DNA of 64,000 nt from Candidatus Omnitrophota bacterium (GCA_016201795.1 JACQCF010000005.1:20896-84895), one strand, 5' to 3'. Shown: positions 38,606 through 52,206, counted from the first letter of the stretch. Numbers and translations: made by a program. The notes: generated by a model not told the origin, from the sequence alone.

Positions 38606-38677
38606 TGAATTTCTTAAGTATTTTTCCTTAGTATTTTCCTTGCTTAAATTCATCCCCAGCAACGTCGAGGGATTTCC

Positions 38678-39880
38678 TTATTTTAAAACTTCAGAAATAA
38701 CACCTGCACCCACTGTGTGGCCGCCTTCGCGGATGGCGAAGCGTAATTCCTTCTCCATGGCGACCGGCTTACCCGTCTCTAATTCTACCGTCAATTGAAC
38801 GTTATCACCGGGCATACACATTTCAACGCCAGCCGGCAATTCGGCTGTACCGGTCACGTCGGTCGTTCTAAAATAGAACTGAGGACGATAACCTTTGAAA
38901 AACGGCGTATGACGGCCGCCTTCTTCCTTAGTTAAGATGTAAACGGAAGCCTTGAATTTAGTGTGCGGTTTAATGGTGCCTTTGGCCGCTAATACCATGC
39001 CGCGCTCCACGTCTTCCTTGTTGACACCGCGTAACAGTAAACCAACGTTGTCGCCGGCCTGACCTTCATCCAATTCCTTCCGGAACATTTCCACACCGGT
39101 GACGACAACATTTTTGATGGCGGGACGCAAACCGATGAGTTCAACTTCTTCACTGACCTTGACACGACCGCGTTCAATACGGCCGGTGGCCACGGTACCG
39201 CGACCGGAAATAGAGAACACGTCTTCCACCGCCATGATAAAAGGTTTATCCAACTCACGTACCGGGGTGGGAATATATTCGTCCACCGCCTTCATAAGCT
39301 CAACAATCGGTTTGGCTTTACCTTCAAAATCGGTGGGATTATTTAACGCATCAAGGGCGGAACCGCGGATAATCGGGGCTTTATCTCCGTCGAATTTATA
39401 CTTGGTTAACAACTCACGGACTTCCAATTCCACAAGGTCCAACAATTCTTTATCGGCCACCTGGTCGCATTTGTTCATAAATACCACAATACGAGGAACG
39501 TTAACCTGGCGGGCCAATAGAATGTGTTCACGGGTTTGCGGCATCGGACCATCGGTGGCAGAAACCACTAAGATAGCGCCGTCCATCTGGGCAGCACCGG
39601 TAATCATATTTTTGATATAGTCGGCGTGGCCCGGACAATCGATGTGCGCGTAGTGACGGCCTTCTGTTTCATATTCCAGATGCGAAATGTTGATCGTCAC
39701 ACCGCGTTCTTTTTCTTCCGGCGCATTGTCAATGGAATCATAAGCACGCGCTTCAGCTAGACCTTTTTTACTTAAAACAGTTGTAATGGCCGCGGAAAGA
39801 GTGGTTTTTCCGTGGTCAACGTGACCAATAGTTCCAATATTTAAGTGAGGTTTTGTACGTTCGAATTTTCCTTTTGCCAT
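38678..39880 (-). CDS. tuf: elongation factor Tu
   Basis: [22 protein letters not shown] motifs. Confidence 0.95.
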   Translation of the reverse strand: MAKGKFERTKPHLNIGTIGHVDHGKTTLSAAITTVLSKKGLAEARAYDSIDNAPEEKERGVTINISHLEYETEGRHYAHIDCPGHADYIKNMITGAAQMDGAILVVSATDGPMPQTREHILLARQVNVPRIVVFMNKCDQVADKELLDLVELEVRELLTKYKFDGDKAPIIRGSALDALNNPTDFEGKAKPIVELMKAVDEYIPTPVRELDKPFIMAVEDVFSISGRGTVATGRIERGRVKVSEEVELIGLRPAIKNVVVTGVEMFRKELDEGQAGDNVGLLLRGVNKEDVERGMVLAAKGTIKPHTKFKASVYILTKEEGGRHTPFFKGYRPQFYFRTTDVTGTAELPAGVEMCMPGDNVQLTVELETGKPVAMEKELRFAIREGGHTVGAGVISEVLK

Positions 39881-39941
39881 TGCCTAATCCTCCGGTTGAT
39901 GTATCTGGTTATCTTTTCTCTAAAAATTAGAATAATGGGCG

Positions 39942-42044
39942 TTAATTGCTTTTTGCGGCGATCTCTTGACGAGCGCCAATGATTTTTTCAGCGATTTGGT
40001 TAGGAACCTGCGCGTAATACGAAGGTTCCATGGAGAATGATGCGCGTCCCTGGGTCAGAGACCGCAGCGCATTCGCGTAGCTAAACATTTCGGCCAAGGG
40101 AACATAAGCAATGGCAGTTTTGAGCTTGCCACGATTGCCGCTTTCCTTGATTTGAGCACGGCGAGTCATCAAATCACCGATCACATTACCCCAATAATCC
40201 TCGGGGACCGTGATTTCCAACTTCATGATTGGCTCTTGAAAAACGCATCCAGCTTTACGGAAAGCTTCTTGAATCGCCCGTTTGCCCGCCAACTGGAAGG
40301 ACATTTCATCTGAGTCCACCTCATGATAAGAACCGTCCACCAGCGTGACCACAAAATCCGTCACAGGATAACCGGCTAGTATACCATTTTGCGCACCTAT
40401 TTCAATACCTTCTTTAATCGGCTTGATGAATTCCCGAGGGACCGCCCCACCTCTGATTTTGTCAACAAACACAAGACCTGTCCTGGACTCACCCGGTTCG
40501 ACATCAATAACGCAATGGCCGTATTTACCGCGGCCGCCGGTTTGCGAAATATATTTACCGACTATGCCGGTCACCTTTTTGGTAATAGCTTCCTTATAAG
40601 CTACTTCCGGACGGCCAACATTGCATTCGAGGTTGTTCTCACGCCTCATACGATCAACAATGATTTCCAAATGCAACTCACCCATCCCGGAGATAATCGT
40701 TTGAGATGTTTCATGATCGAATTTCACATGCAACGAAGGATCTTCATCAAGGAATTTACGCAACACCATGCCCATTTTATCCTGATCAGCTTTGGTTTTC
40801 GGTTCAATAGCTAACGACACTACCGGATCAGGAGCTTTCAGTCCTTCTAACACAATCAGTTTATCTTCGGAACATAATGTGTCCCCTGATTTGGATTCTT
40901 TAAGCCCTACCAAAGCCACAATTTCCCCCGCGGAAGCGGAGCTGATATTTTCCTGCTTATTCGAATGCATTAATACGATTTTGGCGATTTTTTCTCTTTT
41001 GCTGTTGGAAGAATTCAAATAATTCTGCCCCTGAAGGAACTTTCCGGAATATACTCTGGTAAAAAAAATTTTTCCCACATAAGGATCAGATGCAATTTTA
41101 AAGACTAAACCCACCGGGTACTGCGTAGCATCAACTTTTAATTCAATCACTTCTTCTTTATTATCGGGATTATAACCTTTCATGGGCGGGATATCGAGCG
41201 GCGAGGGAAGAAAATTCACAATAGCGTCCAAGACCATCTGGACTCCTCTATTTCTTAAGGAAGAGCCAACCAGAACAGGGATAAATTTACACGCAATCAC
41301 CGTGCGACGAATCGCAGCCATCATCTGTTCTTTGGCGGGTTCTTTGCCGTTAAGGAAGAAATCCGCCATTTCATCGTCGACTTCCGCCAGGCGCTCGATC
41401 AAATCATGACGGTATGTTTTGACTTTATCTTTGAATTGATCCGGCAAAGGCAAACGGTCAAACTCCATACCCTCTTTATCTTTGTACTTAATATATTGCT
41501 CATTAATGACATCTACGATTCCTTTGAAATTATCTTCGGCCCCGTCGGGGAATTCAATACCGGCAGCGTTAGCGCCCAAACGTTCGTGCATTTCAGAGAC
41601 CACGCGGTCAAAATCGGCACCCAAACGGTCAATTTTATTGATGAAGGCAATACGGGGAACATGGTATTTATCGGCCTGACGGTAAACCGTCTCGGTTTGC
41701 GGCTGAACGCCGGAGCATCCACACAAGACAATGACGCAACCGTCTAAAACTTTCAAAGAACGTTCCACTTCAATGGTAAAATCCACGTGTCCGGGGGTAT
41801 CGATAATATTCAAACGGTGATCGTGCCAGAATGAAGTGGTGGCCGCGGCGGTGATTGTAATCCCGCGCTCCTGCTCCTGCGGCATCCAGTCCATAGTGGT
41901 ATTACCATCATCAATATTACCCATTTTATGGATCTCACCCGTGTAATAAAGAATGCGTTCCGTCGTAGTGGTTTTCCCCGCGTCAATATGCGCGATAATA
42001 CCAAAATTACGGAACTTATTTAAAGGAATCGTATTAGCTGCCAT
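39942..42044 (-). CDS. fusA: elongation factor G
   Basis: AHIDAGKTTTTE, DTPGHVDF, 700 aa. Confidence 0.95.
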   Translation of the reverse strand: MAANTIPLNKFRNFGIIAHIDAGKTTTTERILYYTGEIHKMGNIDDGNTTMDWMPQEQERGITITAAATTSFWHDHRLNIIDTPGHVDFTIEVERSLKVLDGCVIVLCGCSGVQPQTETVYRQADKYHVPRIAFINKIDRLGADFDRVVSEMHERLGANAAGIEFPDGAEDNFKGIVDVINEQYIKYKDKEGMEFDRLPLPDQFKDKVKTYRHDLIERLAEVDDEMADFFLNGKEPAKEQMMAAIRRTVIACKFIPVLVGSSLRNRGVQMVLDAIVNFLPSPLDIPPMKGYNPDNKEEVIELKVDATQYPVGLVFKIASDPYVGKIFFTRVYSGKFLQGQNYLNSSNSKREKIAKIVLMHSNKQENISSASAGEIVALVGLKESKSGDTLCSEDKLIVLEGLKAPDPVVSLAIEPKTKADQDKMGMVLRKFLDEDPSLHVKFDHETSQTIISGMGELHLEIIVDRMRRENNLECNVGRPEVAYKEAITKKVTGIVGKYISQTGGRGKYGHCVIDVEPGESRTGLVFVDKIRGGAVPREFIKPIKEGIEIGAQNGILAGYPVTDFVVTLVDGSYHEVDSDEMSFQLAGKRAIQEAFRKAGCVFQEPIMKLEITVPEDYWGNVIGDLMTRRAQIKESGNRGKLKTAIAYVPLAEMFSYANALRSLTQGRASFSMEPSYYAQVPNQIAEKIIGARQEIAAKSN

Positions 42045-42102
42045 AACTCATTATCCCGACGCTCACTTCGCCTGAGTGAAACGAACGTCAAAGCCATCTC
42101 CT

Positions 42103-42573
42103 TTACCATCTTAAGTGGCTAAAAGCCCTGTTGGCCTCGGCCATCTTATGTGCTTCATCACGTTTTTTAATCGCCGGGCCTTCGGATTTATAAGCGGCCA
42201 CCAGTTCTTCGGCGAGTTTAATTTCCATCGGTTTACCTTTTTTGTTTCTGGCAAAATCACGAATCCAGCGCATCGCTAGCGACATGCCCCGGGCCGGCAC
42301 CACATCTGTCGGTACCTGATACGTTGCCCCACCGACACGGCGGGCTTTGACTTCCAGACGCGGACGCACATTATCAATGGCTCTATTCAGGGCCTTCACA
42401 GGGCTTTCTTCCTGTGTTTTCTCCTTCAAAATATCCAAAGCGCTATAGACAATGCGTTCGGCAATGGTCTTTTTGCCTTCGGTCATGATAATGGCCACAA
42501 AACGGGTGATCAAATCACTGTTATATTTAGGATCCCCGACAACTTTTCTTTTTTCTGCACGGCGTCTTCTCAT
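42103..42573 (-). CDS. rpsG: 30S ribosomal protein S7
   Basis: Sequence and position. Confidence 0.9.
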   Translation of the reverse strand: MRRRRAEKRKVVGDPKYNSDLITRFVAIIMTEGKKTIAERIVYSALDILKEKTQEESPVKALNRAIDNVRPRLEVKARRVGGATYQVPTDVVPARGMSLAMRWIRDFARNKKGKPMEIKLAEELVAAYKSEGPAIKKRDEAHKMAEANRAFSHLRW

Positions 42574-42578
42574 CTTGA

Positions 42579-42950
42579 TTATTTACCCTTCTTGGCTCCG
42601 TATTTGGAACGGCTTTTTTTACGATTTGCAACACCCGCGGTATCCAGTGTGCCGCGCACAATGTGATAACGCACCCCCGGCAAATCCTTCACGCGTCCGC
42701 CACGCACCAACACGATCGAGTGCTCCTGCAAATTATGTCCCTCCCCGGGAATATAAGAGGTCACCTCAATTTTATTGGACAGACGCACGCGGGCGATTTT
42801 CCGAAGCGCCGAATTCGGTTTTTTCGGCGTCATGGTTTTCACCTGCAGACAAACGCCACGACGCTGAGGACAGTTGGTGAGCGCAGGAGATTTACTGCGC
42901 TTGATTTTCAACTGCCGGCGATGTCTGATGAGCTGTGCTATCGTTGGCAT
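42579..42950 (-). CDS. rpsL: 30S ribosomal protein S12
   Basis: MPTIAQLIR...[10 protein letters not shown]. Start lies 59 nt inside rpoC 3-prime end. Confidence 0.9.
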   Translation of the reverse strand: MPTIAQLIRHRRQLKIKRSKSPALTNCPQRRGVCLQVKTMTPKKPNSALRKIARVRLSNKIEVTSYIPGEGHNLQEHSIVLVRGGRVKDLPGVRYHIVRGTLDTAGVANRKKSRSKYGAKKGK

Positions 42951-45900
42951 ATTTCACCATTTCAATTTGATGATATTCCTTCATCCCCGTCCCCGCTGGA
43001 ATCAAATGTCCGACGATGACGTTCTCTTTTAAACCGCGCAAAAAGTCAACTTTACCAGATGCTGCTGCTTCTGTCAAGACTCTGGTCGTTTCTTGGAAGC
43101 TCGCAGCGGAAATAAAACTTTCCGTCGTCAAAGAAACCTTGGTGATTCCCAATAACAACGGAGTTGCCTTCGCGGGTTTACCTTTTTTCTTTAAAATTGC
43201 CTCGTTAGCTTTCTTAAAGATGACACGGTCCACCTGATCTCCCACGAGACAATCGGTATCACCCGCATCATCAATGCGCACTTTCTTAAGCATCTGCGAA
43301 ATGATAATTTCGATATGCTTATCGTTAATACGCACACCCTGTAGACGGTAAACCTCTTGAACTTCATTGAGCAAATATTCCTGCAATGCTTTATCACCGC
43401 TGACGCGCAGAATGTCATGCGGCACCACTGGACCATCTGTCAACTGCTGACCGGCAAACACATGATCGCCCTTATAGACATTGGGATGCTTACCATGAGG
43501 AATGGTATATTCCTTAGCCATACCCGTTGAACTCTTAACGATGATAGTCCGCAAACCGCGTTTGTCTTCACCGAATTCTGTCATCCCGTCGATTTCGGAG
43601 ATCACCGCCGGATCCTTGGGACGGCGCGCTTCAAAAAGCTCCGCCACACGAGGAAGACCGCCGGTAATATCGCGCGTTTTGCTGGCGCTACGAGGAATTT
43701 TGGCAATCAATTCACCAGCGGACACCACATTTTTATCGTTAACCAAAATATGCGCCCCTACGGGAATCGAATAAATCCCTACCACTTCGCCTTTATCATC
43801 GCTGATGATAATCTGCGGATGATATTCCTGTTTATGTTCCACCACCACGCGTTCGACAACACCGGTGACAGGATTCTCTTCACGCTGATAAGTCGTACCT
43901 TCATCCAAATCCTCAAAGGAGACTTTACCTTTGGCTTCCGTGATAATAGGAATCGTGTATGGATCCCAGGTAGCGACAACTTCACCTTTGCTGATATTAT
44001 GTCCATCGGCAAAAGACAGAGACGCTCCCTGTGGCAACGGATGACGTTCAAACTCACGGCCATATTCATTATTGATACTAACGGCCCCATTACGGTTTAA
44101 GACAATGTATTCTTTGCCGCGCAAAACCACGCGCAATTGATGGTATTTAACGATCCCATCCTGTTTGACTTTGATAAACGACTGCTCAATGGTACGGGAA
44201 GCTGTACCACCGATGTGAAACGTCCGCATGGTCAGTTGGGTTCCGGGTTCGCCGATACTTTGAGCGGCAATGGTTCCCACCGCTTCGCCGATTTCCACCA
44301 AACGCTGAGTGGCCAGGTTACGGCCGTAGCATTTAACGCAAATGCCTCGACCGGTCTCACAGGTCAGCACCGAACGGATACGTACCTTTTCAATCCCCAA
44401 CTGTTCGATGATATCCGCTTTTTCTTCGGTGATCACTTCACCGGAACCCACCACCTGGGTATCGGTGACAATATCCACGATATTATCCAACGCCACGCGT
44501 CCAACAATACGCTCTTTTAAAGAAACCACCATCTCATCGCCTTCGGTGATCGCTGAAACGGTAATACCATTGACAGTACCACAGTCTATTTCACTGACAA
44601 CGACTTCTTGAGCCACGTCCACCAGACGACGGGTTAAATAACCGGCGTCCGCGGTCTTCAGAGCGGTATCGGCCAAACCTTTACGGGCACCGTGCGTGGA
44701 AATGAAGTACTCCAACACGGTCAACCCTTCACGGAAAGAAGCCGTGATGGGATTTTCGATAATTTCCCCTGACGGCTTGGCCATCAGCCCGCGCATACCC
44801 GAAAGCTGACGGATTTGCAATTTAGAACCGCGCGCTCCGGAATCAGCCATAATGTACACCGGATTAAACGGATCCATTTTCTTAAATACCATGTCTGAGA
44901 GTATTTCCGTCGTATGCGTCCAGACGTCGATGACTTTATTGTAACGCTCACGGCCGGTGATGATACCTTTGCGGTACTGATCGTCCACTTTGGTCACTTC
45001 AGCTTTGGCCGCCGCAATAATTTTCGGTTTATCTTCGGGAATGGTTAAATCCGACATGGCAATGGAAATACCCGCCTCGGTAGATTTCATAAACCCTAAT
45101 TGTTTGACATCATCCAGCAACTGAACCGTGCGATGCTGACCGAAACGTTTATAGCAGTCGGCAATCACCGCTCCAACACGCTTCTTGTCCAGCAGTTCAT
45201 TAACAAAACCGTAATCTGGCGGCAAAACATCGTTAAAAAACACACGGCCGACGGTCGTTTCAATGATATTGCTGGTTTTGACTTTAACTTCCTGTTCCTT
45301 TTTAGGTTTACTTTTGACCTCCGGTTGAATGACCAAGGACGGCTTCTCCTGGCCCCAGACCGGAATATCCAAACGCAGCTTGATGCGCGCGTGAGAGTCT
45401 AAATAACCATCGTAATAAGCAATTTTGACTTCCTCGCGGCTAGCAAATAAATGTCCTTCCCCTTTAGCACCAGGACGTTCCTTGGTCAAGTAATACAAAC
45501 CAAGAACGATATCCTGCGTTGGAGACACCACCGGCCGGCCGTCAGCCGGCGAGAATAAGTTATTAACCGACAATAATTGCAGACGGCATTCGATTTGAGC
45601 TTCCAAGCTCAAAGGTACGTGCACGGCCATTTGGTCACCGTCGAAGTCCGCGTTAAACGCGGTACAGACCAGCGGATGCAATTTGATAGCCTTACCTTCG
45701 ATAAGTACCGGCTGGAATGCCTGAATCGACAAGCGATGCAGCGTCGGTGCACGGTTAAGCATGACCGGATGATCTTGAATAACCTCATCCAAGATATCCC
45801 ACACCTCAATTTTGGCACGTTCCACCATGCGTTTGGCACCCTTGATTGTATGTACAAAGCCTTTCTCGCGCAGTTTGCGGATAATAAAAGGCTCAAATAA

Positions 45901-47004
45901 TTCCAATGCCATTTTCTTAGGCAAACCACATTGATGCAGCTTGAGCTCAGGGCCGACGACGATAACAGAACGGCCGGAATAGTCCACGCGTTTACCCAAA
46001 AGATTCATGCGGAAGCGGCCTTGTTTACCTTTAAGCATATCGGAGAGAGACTTCAAAGGACGATTACCGCTGCCTAACACCGGACGGCCGTGACGACCAT
46101 TGTCCAACAAAGCATCGACCGCTTCCTGCAACATACGCTTTTCGTTGCGGATAATGATTTCCGGAGCATTCAGATCAATCAGCTTCTTTAAACGATTGTT
46201 ACGGTTAATGACCCGACGATAAAGATCATTCAAGTCTGAGGTCGCAAAACGTCCACCTTCCAGAGGCACCAGAGGACGTAGATCCGGCGGGATCACCGGT
46301 AAAACATCCAACACCATCCACTCGGGTTTATTGCCAGAAGCCTTGAAATCCTCGACGATCTTTAACGTCTTGATTAATTTCTTAAAGTTGGTTCCATTGG
46401 GGTTAGCATCGGCTAAATCTTTGCGTAATTTCTTGCACAAAACAGCCAGATCGATTTCTTTGAGTAAATCATGAATAGCTTCCGCCCCGATTTTAGCTTT
46501 AAAGGCACCGCCGTGTTTGACCATCGCATCTTGATATTCGTCTTCGGAGAGAAACTGTTTCTTCTTCAAAGGCGAAGCGCCCGGGTCAATAATGACATAT
46601 TCTTCGTAATAAATAAGTTTCTCCAGATCACGTAAGCCCACTTGCAGCAAAGCTGCCAGGCGGGAAGGCACCGCTTTGTAAAACCAAATATGGGTCACGG
46701 GACAGGCCAAATCAATATGGCCCATGCGCTCGCGGCGCACCGAGGAACGGGTCACTAAAACCCCACAGCGGTCGCAGGTGATCCCTTTGAACTTGATACC
46801 CTTGTATTTACCGCAATTGCATTCCCAATCGCGAATAGGCCCAAAAATTTTCTCGCAAAAAAGACCATCCTTTTCCGGTTTCAAGGTGCGGTAATTAAGA
46901 GTCTCGGCTTTTTTAACAGCGCCCTTGGACCATGAAGAGATAATCTCCGGAGAGGCAATTTTAATCGTAATACGATCTTGTTTTGTAATATCGATTTTGC
47001 TCAT
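42892..47004 (-). CDS. rpoC: DNA-directed RNA polymerase beta-prime subunit
   Basis: [12 protein letters not shown] catalytic motif, zinc fingers, 1370 aa. Confidence 0.95.
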   Translation of the reverse strand: MSKIDITKQDRITIKIASPEIISSWSKGAVKKAETLNYRTLKPEKDGLFCEKIFGPIRDWECNCGKYKGIKFKGITCDRCGVLVTRSSVRRERMGHIDLACPVTHIWFYKAVPSRLAALLQVGLRDLEKLIYYEEYVIIDPGASPLKKKQFLSEDEYQDAMVKHGGAFKAKIGAEAIHDLLKEIDLAVLCKKLRKDLADANPNGTNFKKLIKTLKIVEDFKASGNKPEWMVLDVLPVIPPDLRPLVPLEGGRFATSDLNDLYRRVINRNNRLKKLIDLNAPEIIIRNEKRMLQEAVDALLDNGRHGRPVLGSGNRPLKSLSDMLKGKQGRFRMNLLGKRVDYSGRSVIVVGPELKLHQCGLPKKMALELFEPFIIRKLREKGFVHTIKGAKRMVERAKIEVWDILDEVIQDHPVMLNRAPTLHRLSIQAFQPVLIEGKAIKLHPLVCTAFNADFDGDQMAVHVPLSLEAQIECRLQLLSVNNLFSPADGRPVVSPTQDIVLGLYYLTKERPGAKGEGHLFASREEVKIAYYDGYLDSHARIKLRLDIPVWGQEKPSLVIQPEVKSKPKKEQEVKVKTSNIIETTVGRVFFNDVLPPDYGFVNELLDKKRVGAVIADCYKRFGQHRTVQLLDDVKQLGFMKSTEAGISIAMSDLTIPEDKPKIIAAAKAEVTKVDDQYRKGIITGRERYNKVIDVWTHTTEILSDMVFKKMDPFNPVYIMADSGARGSKLQIRQLSGMRGLMAKPSGEIIENPITASFREGLTVLEYFISTHGARKGLADTALKTADAGYLTRRLVDVAQEVVVSEIDCGTVNGITVSAITEGDEMVVSLKERIVGRVALDNIVDIVTDTQVVGSGEVITEEKADIIEQLGIEKVRIRSVLTCETGRGICVKCYGRNLATQRLVEIGEAVGTIAAQSIGEPGTQLTMRTFHIGGTASRTIEQSFIKVKQDGIVKYHQLRVVLRGKEYIVLNRNGAVSINNEYGREFERHPLPQGASLSFADGHNISKGEVVATWDPYTIPIITEAKGKVSFEDLDEGTTYQREENPVTGVVERVVVEHKQEYHPQIIISDDKGEVVGIYSIPVGAHILVNDKNVVSAGELIAKIPRSASKTRDITGGLPRVAELFEARRPKDPAVISEIDGMTEFGEDKRGLRTIIVKSSTGMAKEYTIPHGKHPNVYKGDHVFAGQQLTDGPVVPHDILRVSGDKALQEYLLNEVQEVYRLQGVRINDKHIEIIISQMLKKVRIDDAGDTDCLVGDQVDRVIFKKANEAILKKKGKPAKATPLLLGITKVSLTTESFISAASFQETTRVLTEAAASGKVDFLRGLKENVIVGHLIPAGTGMKEYHQIEMVKYANDSTAHQTSPAVENQAQ

Positions 47005-50000
47005 TGTTTGGCTTCTTCCTTTTGAGGTTGTTCGGATTCAGCTTTTTCCATACGAATATCTAGGCAAAGACCTTGCAACTCTTTGACTAAAACGTTAAAA
47101 GATTCCGGCGTCCCCGGAGAGAGCGCCTGTTCACCTTTGACAATGGCTTCATAAATGCGGCTGCGGCCGTTGACATCGTCGGATTTGACGGTCAACATTT
47201 CCTGCAGGGTATAGGCCGCCCCATACGCCTCTAAAGCCCAGACTTCCATTTCCCCGAAACGCTGGCCGCCAAAATGCGCTTTACCACCGAGCGGCTGTTG
47301 AGTCACCAGCGAATAAGGGCCAATAGAACGGGCGTGAATCTTCTCATCCACCAGGTGATTGAGCTTGAGCATATAAATGTAGCCCACGGTCACCTTTTGT
47401 TCAAACGGCACGCCTGTGTGGCCGTCGAAGACGACCGCTTTGCCGTCTTGCGGCAGGCCAGCGGTTTTAAGAAGATCGCAAATTTCCTCTTCCGTAGCAC
47501 CGTTAAACACCGGTGTTTCGGCATGAAATCCTAAGGCCTGCACGGCCCAGCCTAAATGAGTTTCTAAAAGCTGACCCACGTTCATACGCGAAGGTACGCC
47601 TAAAGGATTAAGCACAATATCGACCGAACGACCGTCTTCTAAAAACGGCATATCTTCTTCCGGCATAATCCGAGAAACAATACCTTTGTTGCCATGGCGG
47701 CCGGCCATTTTATCCCCGACGGAAAGCTTGCGTTTAGTGGCCACATAAACCACTACCCGCTTGATCACCCCGGCAGGCAGCTCATCCCCGCGGCGGATTA
47801 AATCCAGCTCGCGCTCTTCTTCTTCCATAAGCTGAGCAATTTTATCCATGTAAAAACCCATTGTTTCACGGGCTTCGGAACCCTCATCAATGTCATCGAT
47901 GGTTAATTTGGCCACACGTTTTTTATCAATGCCTAAAATTTTGCTTAACTTGGCATCTTTTTCTTGGTTGATGAATTCAATTTCCTGTTTGTAATACTCT
48001 TTGATCTTATGAATCGCCACATTTTCCTTGACTTTATCCTCTTTGGATCTGCGGCCGCGTTCATTACGGGCGAACACTTCAACGTTGACTACCACCCCTT
48101 CAATACCCGGAGACAAAGTCAAAGAGGTATCACGCACATCCGCAGCTTTCTCGCCGAAAATGGCACGCAAGAGACGCTCTTCGGGAGAAAGTTCTTTTTC
48201 GCTTTTGGGAGTGACTTTACCGACTAAAATATCGCCGGCTTTCACTTCCGCTCCCACGCGCACAATACCCTCTTCGGTCAAATCCTTGAGGGCTTCATCA
48301 CCAACATTAGGAATGTCGCGGGTGACTTCTTCATTACCCAGGCGGGTCTCGCGGCATTCGCATTCAAAACGCTCGACGTGAATGGAAGTAAACACGTCCT
48401 CGCGCACGATGCGTTCGTTAATTAAAATTGCATCCTCAAAGTTATATCCACGCCAAGGCATGAATGCCACCAAAACATTGTGGCCTAAGGCCAAACGACC
48501 CTGGTAGGTACCGATACCATCGGCAATCACATCCCCGGCTTCAACTTTCTGACCGGGTTTGACTAAAGGACGTTGATGCACACAGGTATTAGCGTTGGAA
48601 CGCTGAAAGTTCTTCAAAGAATAAATAATTTTACCGATGATAACTTCACGACCGTCCACCTTGGTTACAGTACCGCTTTCCTTGGCAATCACCATGACAC
48701 CGGAATCACGAGCCACTTTGCCTTCCATACCGGTCCCTACAAAAGGCACCTGGGGAATCATCAAAGGCACCGATTGACGCTGCATGTTGGATCCCATCAG
48801 AGCACGATTGGCGTCGTCATGTTCAAGGAAAGGAATAAGAGCAGCCGCCACCGACACCAATTGTTTGGGCGACACATCCATGTATTCAACTTTCTGCGGT
48901 TTGACGCGCGGAAAATCGCCCTTATAACGGCAGGAGACCAAAGATTCCGTGAAACTGCCGTCTTTGTCCACCGGCGAGTTAGCTTGCGCAATGTATTTGT
49001 TCTGATCCACATCTGCGGTCAAATATTCAATCTTTTTGGTCACTTTGCCATCAACAACTTTGCGATAAGGCGTTTCGATGAAACCTAATTCATTGACGCG
49101 CGCGCAGGTCGTCAAAGAGGCGATCAAACCGATGTTCGGACCTTCGGGAGTTTCAATCGGACAAACGCGGCCATAGTGGGTGGGGTGCACGTCGCGTACT
49201 TCGAAACCAGCACGTTCACGTGAAAGACCTCCGGGACCAAGCGCGGACATACGGCGTTTATGCGTCATTTCCGACAAAGGATTAACCTGATCCATAAACT
49301 GCGACAGCTGGCTTCGGGCAAAAAAATCTTGAATTTGATTGGAGAATAGACGGGAATTAATCAGATGATGAATGGTCAAATTTTCAAAGGAGCTCATAAC
49401 CACCAAGCGCTCTTTGATGGAGCGTTCCAGACGCGCCAAACCGATGCGTACCTGGTTCTGGATCAACTCACCGACGGATTTGATACGGCGGTTGCCCAAA
49501 TGGTCAATATCATCACACTCGCCTGTGCCCTCGCGCAAACCGATCAAATACTTAATGACGGAAACCACGGTCTCGACGTCCAAGACGCGGTTATCCATGG
49601 CCACCGTGGTCCCTAATTTGCGGTTGATAATATGACGGCCGACCTTGGAGAGGTCATAACGTTTGGGGTCGAAAAACAAACGGAAAAACAGCGTCTCAGC
49701 CACTTCCATCGTTGCCGGCTCCGTGGGACGCATTTTGCGATAAAAATCCAATAAGGCTTCTTCCTTATTAACCGTGTGATCTTTTTCTAGAGTGTTTTTG
49801 AGCTTATCAAAATGCTCGCCTAACATTTTCTTCATATCCTCGGTGGTGGCCAACCCCATGATACGAAGAATCTGACTCGCCGGGAAATTACGGCGACGGT
49901 CCACATAGGCAATCAAAACATCATTAAGATCATATTTGATTTCAAACCACGCCCCACGGGAGGGAATGATGCGGCCGTGATAAATGCTTTTACCCGTTGG

Positions 50001-50453
50001 GTGGGTCTCTTCTTCAAAAGATACACCCGGCGGACGCTGAATTTGAGAAACCACGACACGCTCATCACCGTTAATAATGAAGGTACCAGTATCAGTCATG
50101 AGTGGAAAATCACCGAAATAAACTTCCTGCTCTTTGATATCGACCGGTGTAATCAGGCGCAGTTTAACTTTTAAAGGAGCGGCATAGGTCATCCCGCGAC
50201 GCTGACATTCATAGCGAGAATATTTTTCTTTGCCGATGGTGTAACCAATATATTCTAGGCGAATCTGCGCGTCGTAGCTTTCTAAAGGAAAAACTTCCCG
50301 AAAAACTTCTTCTAGCCCCTGATCTTTGCGTTTGTCGGAAGCCATCCCTCTTTGAAGAAAATCTTCATAAGAGAGTGTTTGAATGTCTAATAGCTGTGGT
50401 AATTCAAAATTATCCTGGAACTTACTAAAATTTCTGGTTTTTAGTTTGTCCAT
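47001..50453 (-). CDS. rpoB: DNA-directed RNA polymerase beta subunit
   Basis: 1150 aa. Conserved beta-subunit blocks. ATGA-type overlap with rpoC. Confidence 0.95.
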   Translation of the reverse strand: MDKLKTRNFSKFQDNFELPQLLDIQTLSYEDFLQRGMASDKRKDQGLEEVFREVFPLESYDAQIRLEYIGYTIGKEKYSRYECQRRGMTYAAPLKVKLRLITPVDIKEQEVYFGDFPLMTDTGTFIINGDERVVVSQIQRPPGVSFEEETHPTGKSIYHGRIIPSRGAWFEIKYDLNDVLIAYVDRRRNFPASQILRIMGLATTEDMKKMLGEHFDKLKNTLEKDHTVNKEEALLDFYRKMRPTEPATMEVAETLFFRLFFDPKRYDLSKVGRHIINRKLGTTVAMDNRVLDVETVVSVIKYLIGLREGTGECDDIDHLGNRRIKSVGELIQNQVRIGLARLERSIKERLVVMSSFENLTIHHLINSRLFSNQIQDFFARSQLSQFMDQVNPLSEMTHKRRMSALGPGGLSRERAGFEVRDVHPTHYGRVCPIETPEGPNIGLIASLTTCARVNELGFIETPYRKVVDGKVTKKIEYLTADVDQNKYIAQANSPVDKDGSFTESLVSCRYKGDFPRVKPQKVEYMDVSPKQLVSVAAALIPFLEHDDANRALMGSNMQRQSVPLMIPQVPFVGTGMEGKVARDSGVMVIAKESGTVTKVDGREVIIGKIIYSLKNFQRSNANTCVHQRPLVKPGQKVEAGDVIADGIGTYQGRLALGHNVLVAFMPWRGYNFEDAILINERIVREDVFTSIHVERFECECRETRLGNEEVTRDIPNVGDEALKDLTEEGIVRVGAEVKAGDILVGKVTPKSEKELSPEERLLRAIFGEKAADVRDTSLTLSPGIEGVVVNVEVFARNERGRRSKEDKVKENVAIHKIKEYYKQEIEFINQEKDAKLSKILGIDKKRVAKLTIDDIDEGSEARETMGFYMDKIAQLMEEEERELDLIRRGDELPAGVIKRVVVYVATKRKLSVGDKMAGRHGNKGIVSRIMPEEDMPFLEDGRSVDIVLNPLGVPSRMNVGQLLETHLGWAVQALGFHAETPVFNGATEEEICDLLKTAGLPQDGKAVVFDGHTGVPFEQKVTVGYIYMLKLNHLVDEKIHARSIGPYSLVTQQPLGGKAHFGGQRFGEMEVWALEAYGAAYTLQEMLTVKSDDVNGRSRIYEAIVKGEQALSPGTPESFNVLVKELQGLCLDIRMEKAESEQPQKEEAKQ

Positions 50454-50473
50454 ATACTCCCGCCGATGGCTAA

Positions 50474-50507
50474 CCCCCTGTTTTCTTGCGAAAGCAAGAA
50501 GGGGGGG
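50474..50507 (-). promoter_or_regulatory. GC-rich RNA hairpin in rplL-rpoB intergenic region (attenuator-like)
   Basis: Minus strand CCCCCCCUUCUUGC-UUUC-GCAAGAAAACAGGGGG. No U-tract follows, so likely partial attenuator/processing structure rather than full terminator. Confidence 0.4.
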
Positions 50508-50543
50508 CTGGCATTTAAGGTTAGTGAAAACAGTAGCGTTGAA

Positions 50544-50951
50544 TTACTTTAATTCCACTTTAGCGCCGGTCGCTTCGAGTTTCTTCTTGAGCTCTTCGGC
50601 TTCGGCCTTCGGAACAGCTTCTTTGATGATCTTAGGAGCCGCTTCCACAAGATCCTTGGCTTCCTTCAAACCTAAGTTAGTCACCGCACGTACTTCTTTG
50701 ATGACATTGATCTTGTTGGTTCCCGCATCTTTGAGGACGACATCAAATGAGGTCTTTTCCTCGGCAGGAGCAGCAGGGCCCGTCGTACCACCACCAACGG
50801 CAGCGATGGCCACGGGAGCAGCCGCTTGAATACCCAGTCTATCCTCCATGGCTTTGACCAATTCAGCCAATTCCAGGACGGTTAAACCGGTCACTTCCTT
50901 GTAAATCCCCTCTAATTTGGGGGCTAATTCTTTGACGGCTGTTTCAGACAT
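50544..50951 (-). CDS. rplL: 50S ribosomal protein L7/L12
   Basis: Ala-rich hinge and conserved CTD. Confidence 0.9.
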   Translation of the reverse strand: MSETAVKELAPKLEGIYKEVTGLTVLELAELVKAMEDRLGIQAAAPVAIAAVGGGTTGPAAPAEEKTSFDVVLKDAGTNKINVIKEVRAVTNLGLKEAKDLVEAAPKIIKEAVPKAEAEELKKKLEATGAKVELK

Positions 50952-50989
50952 TTTACTAACCTCCTTGTTAGATCCTTCGCTTCTAAGAC

Positions 50990-51526
50990 TCAGGATGACT
51001 TCGACGTTGCGTCGGAGTCACTTTTCTGTTTTAATATTAAAATAAAATTTCGTGTTTTAGTATTTAACGCACCGGCGAAACGCGTCACAGGCGCCTGCAA
51101 AGTACCGATGAATTTCGCTAAAAGAACTTCGCGGGGAGGCAGGTCAGAGAGTGTCTTGACTTGTTCGGGGCTTATCACGTCCCCGTTGAATAAACCTCCC
51201 TGCACAATAAAACCTTCGCAATCTTTGGCAAATTTAACCAGAATCCTAGAAACTTCAGAGGCATCCGTATCGCTTAAAACAAAAGCCGTTTGGCCGTTGA
51301 GGCGCTTGGCTAAATTTTCATAGTTAGAATTTTTCAGCGCAATACGTGCGACGGATGTTTTAGAAATCAACACATCCGCTTTTTTACGCTTTAAATCTTT
51401 GCGCAAAGAACCCATCTTAGCGGACGAGACCCCACACCAGCTCACCAGAAAAGTATTGCTTTTTTTGGTAACGCCGTCTTTAACGGTATCAGCGATACGT
51501 TGACGGTACAATTGTCCGACTTTCAT
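50990..51526 (-). CDS. rplJ: 50S ribosomal protein L10
   Basis: Sequence and position. Confidence 0.9.
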   Translation of the reverse strand: MKVGQLYRQRIADTVKDGVTKKSNTFLVSWCGVSSAKMGSLRKDLKRKKADVLISKTSVARIALKNSNYENLAKRLNGQTAFVLSDTDASEVSRILVKFAKDCEGFIVQGGLFNGDVISPEQVKTLSDLPPREVLLAKFIGTLQAPVTRFAGALNTKTRNFILILKQKSDSDATSKSS

Positions 51527-52206
51527 AAGGCCACCTTCACTCCCGGGCCCATGGTGCTTGCCACAGACAAACTTTTAATCAAATTGCCTTTGACGCTTAC
51601 GGGTTTGGCATGGTTAACCGCCTCAATAAGATGTTGAGCGTTTTCCACCAATTTATTATCGGCAAAAGATTTTTTGCCGATGCCTAAATGAATGCCGCCT
51701 TGCTTGTCGGATTTAAACTCGACACGGCCGGCTTTAACTTCTTTGATGGCGCGCTCCACATCGGTTGTCACGGTGCCGGCTTTAGGGGTCGGCATCAGGC
51801 CGCGTGGACCCAAGATCTTACCGAGCTTGCTGATATCACGCATCATATCAGGGGTCGCCACCACTACGTCAAAATCCATAAAACCGCCGGCGACTTTGTC
51901 AATCAAATCATTGCTGCCGACATAATCAGCACCTGCCGCCTGAGCTTTGGAGGTAGTTTCCCCTTTGCAGAAAACAGCTACTTTCACGGATTTACCGATA
52001 CCATGCGGTAACACCACCGTACCGCGAACGCCCTGATCGGAGGCTTGTAAATCAACATTCAGATGAAAATGCATTTCAACCGTCTCATCGAATTTGACCC
52101 TGGGGGCTTTGGTTAAACAAGAAATGGCCTCAGCCAAAGGAAGCGGATTTTTAATTCCATCGACGATACGGTTGACTTCTTTCATACGTTTACTTAATCT
52201 TGACAT
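51523..52206 (-). CDS. rplA: 50S ribosomal protein L1
   Basis: Sequence and position. Confidence 0.9.
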   Translation of the reverse strand: MSRLSKRMKEVNRIVDGIKNPLPLAEAISCLTKAPRVKFDETVEMHFHLNVDLQASDQGVRGTVVLPHGIGKSVKVAVFCKGETTSKAQAAGADYVGSNDLIDKVAGGFMDFDVVVATPDMMRDISKLGKILGPRGLMPTPKAGTVTTDVERAIKEVKAGRVEFKSDKQGGIHLGIGKKSFADNKLVENAQHLIEAVNHAKPVSVKGNLIKSLSVASTMGPGVKVAL

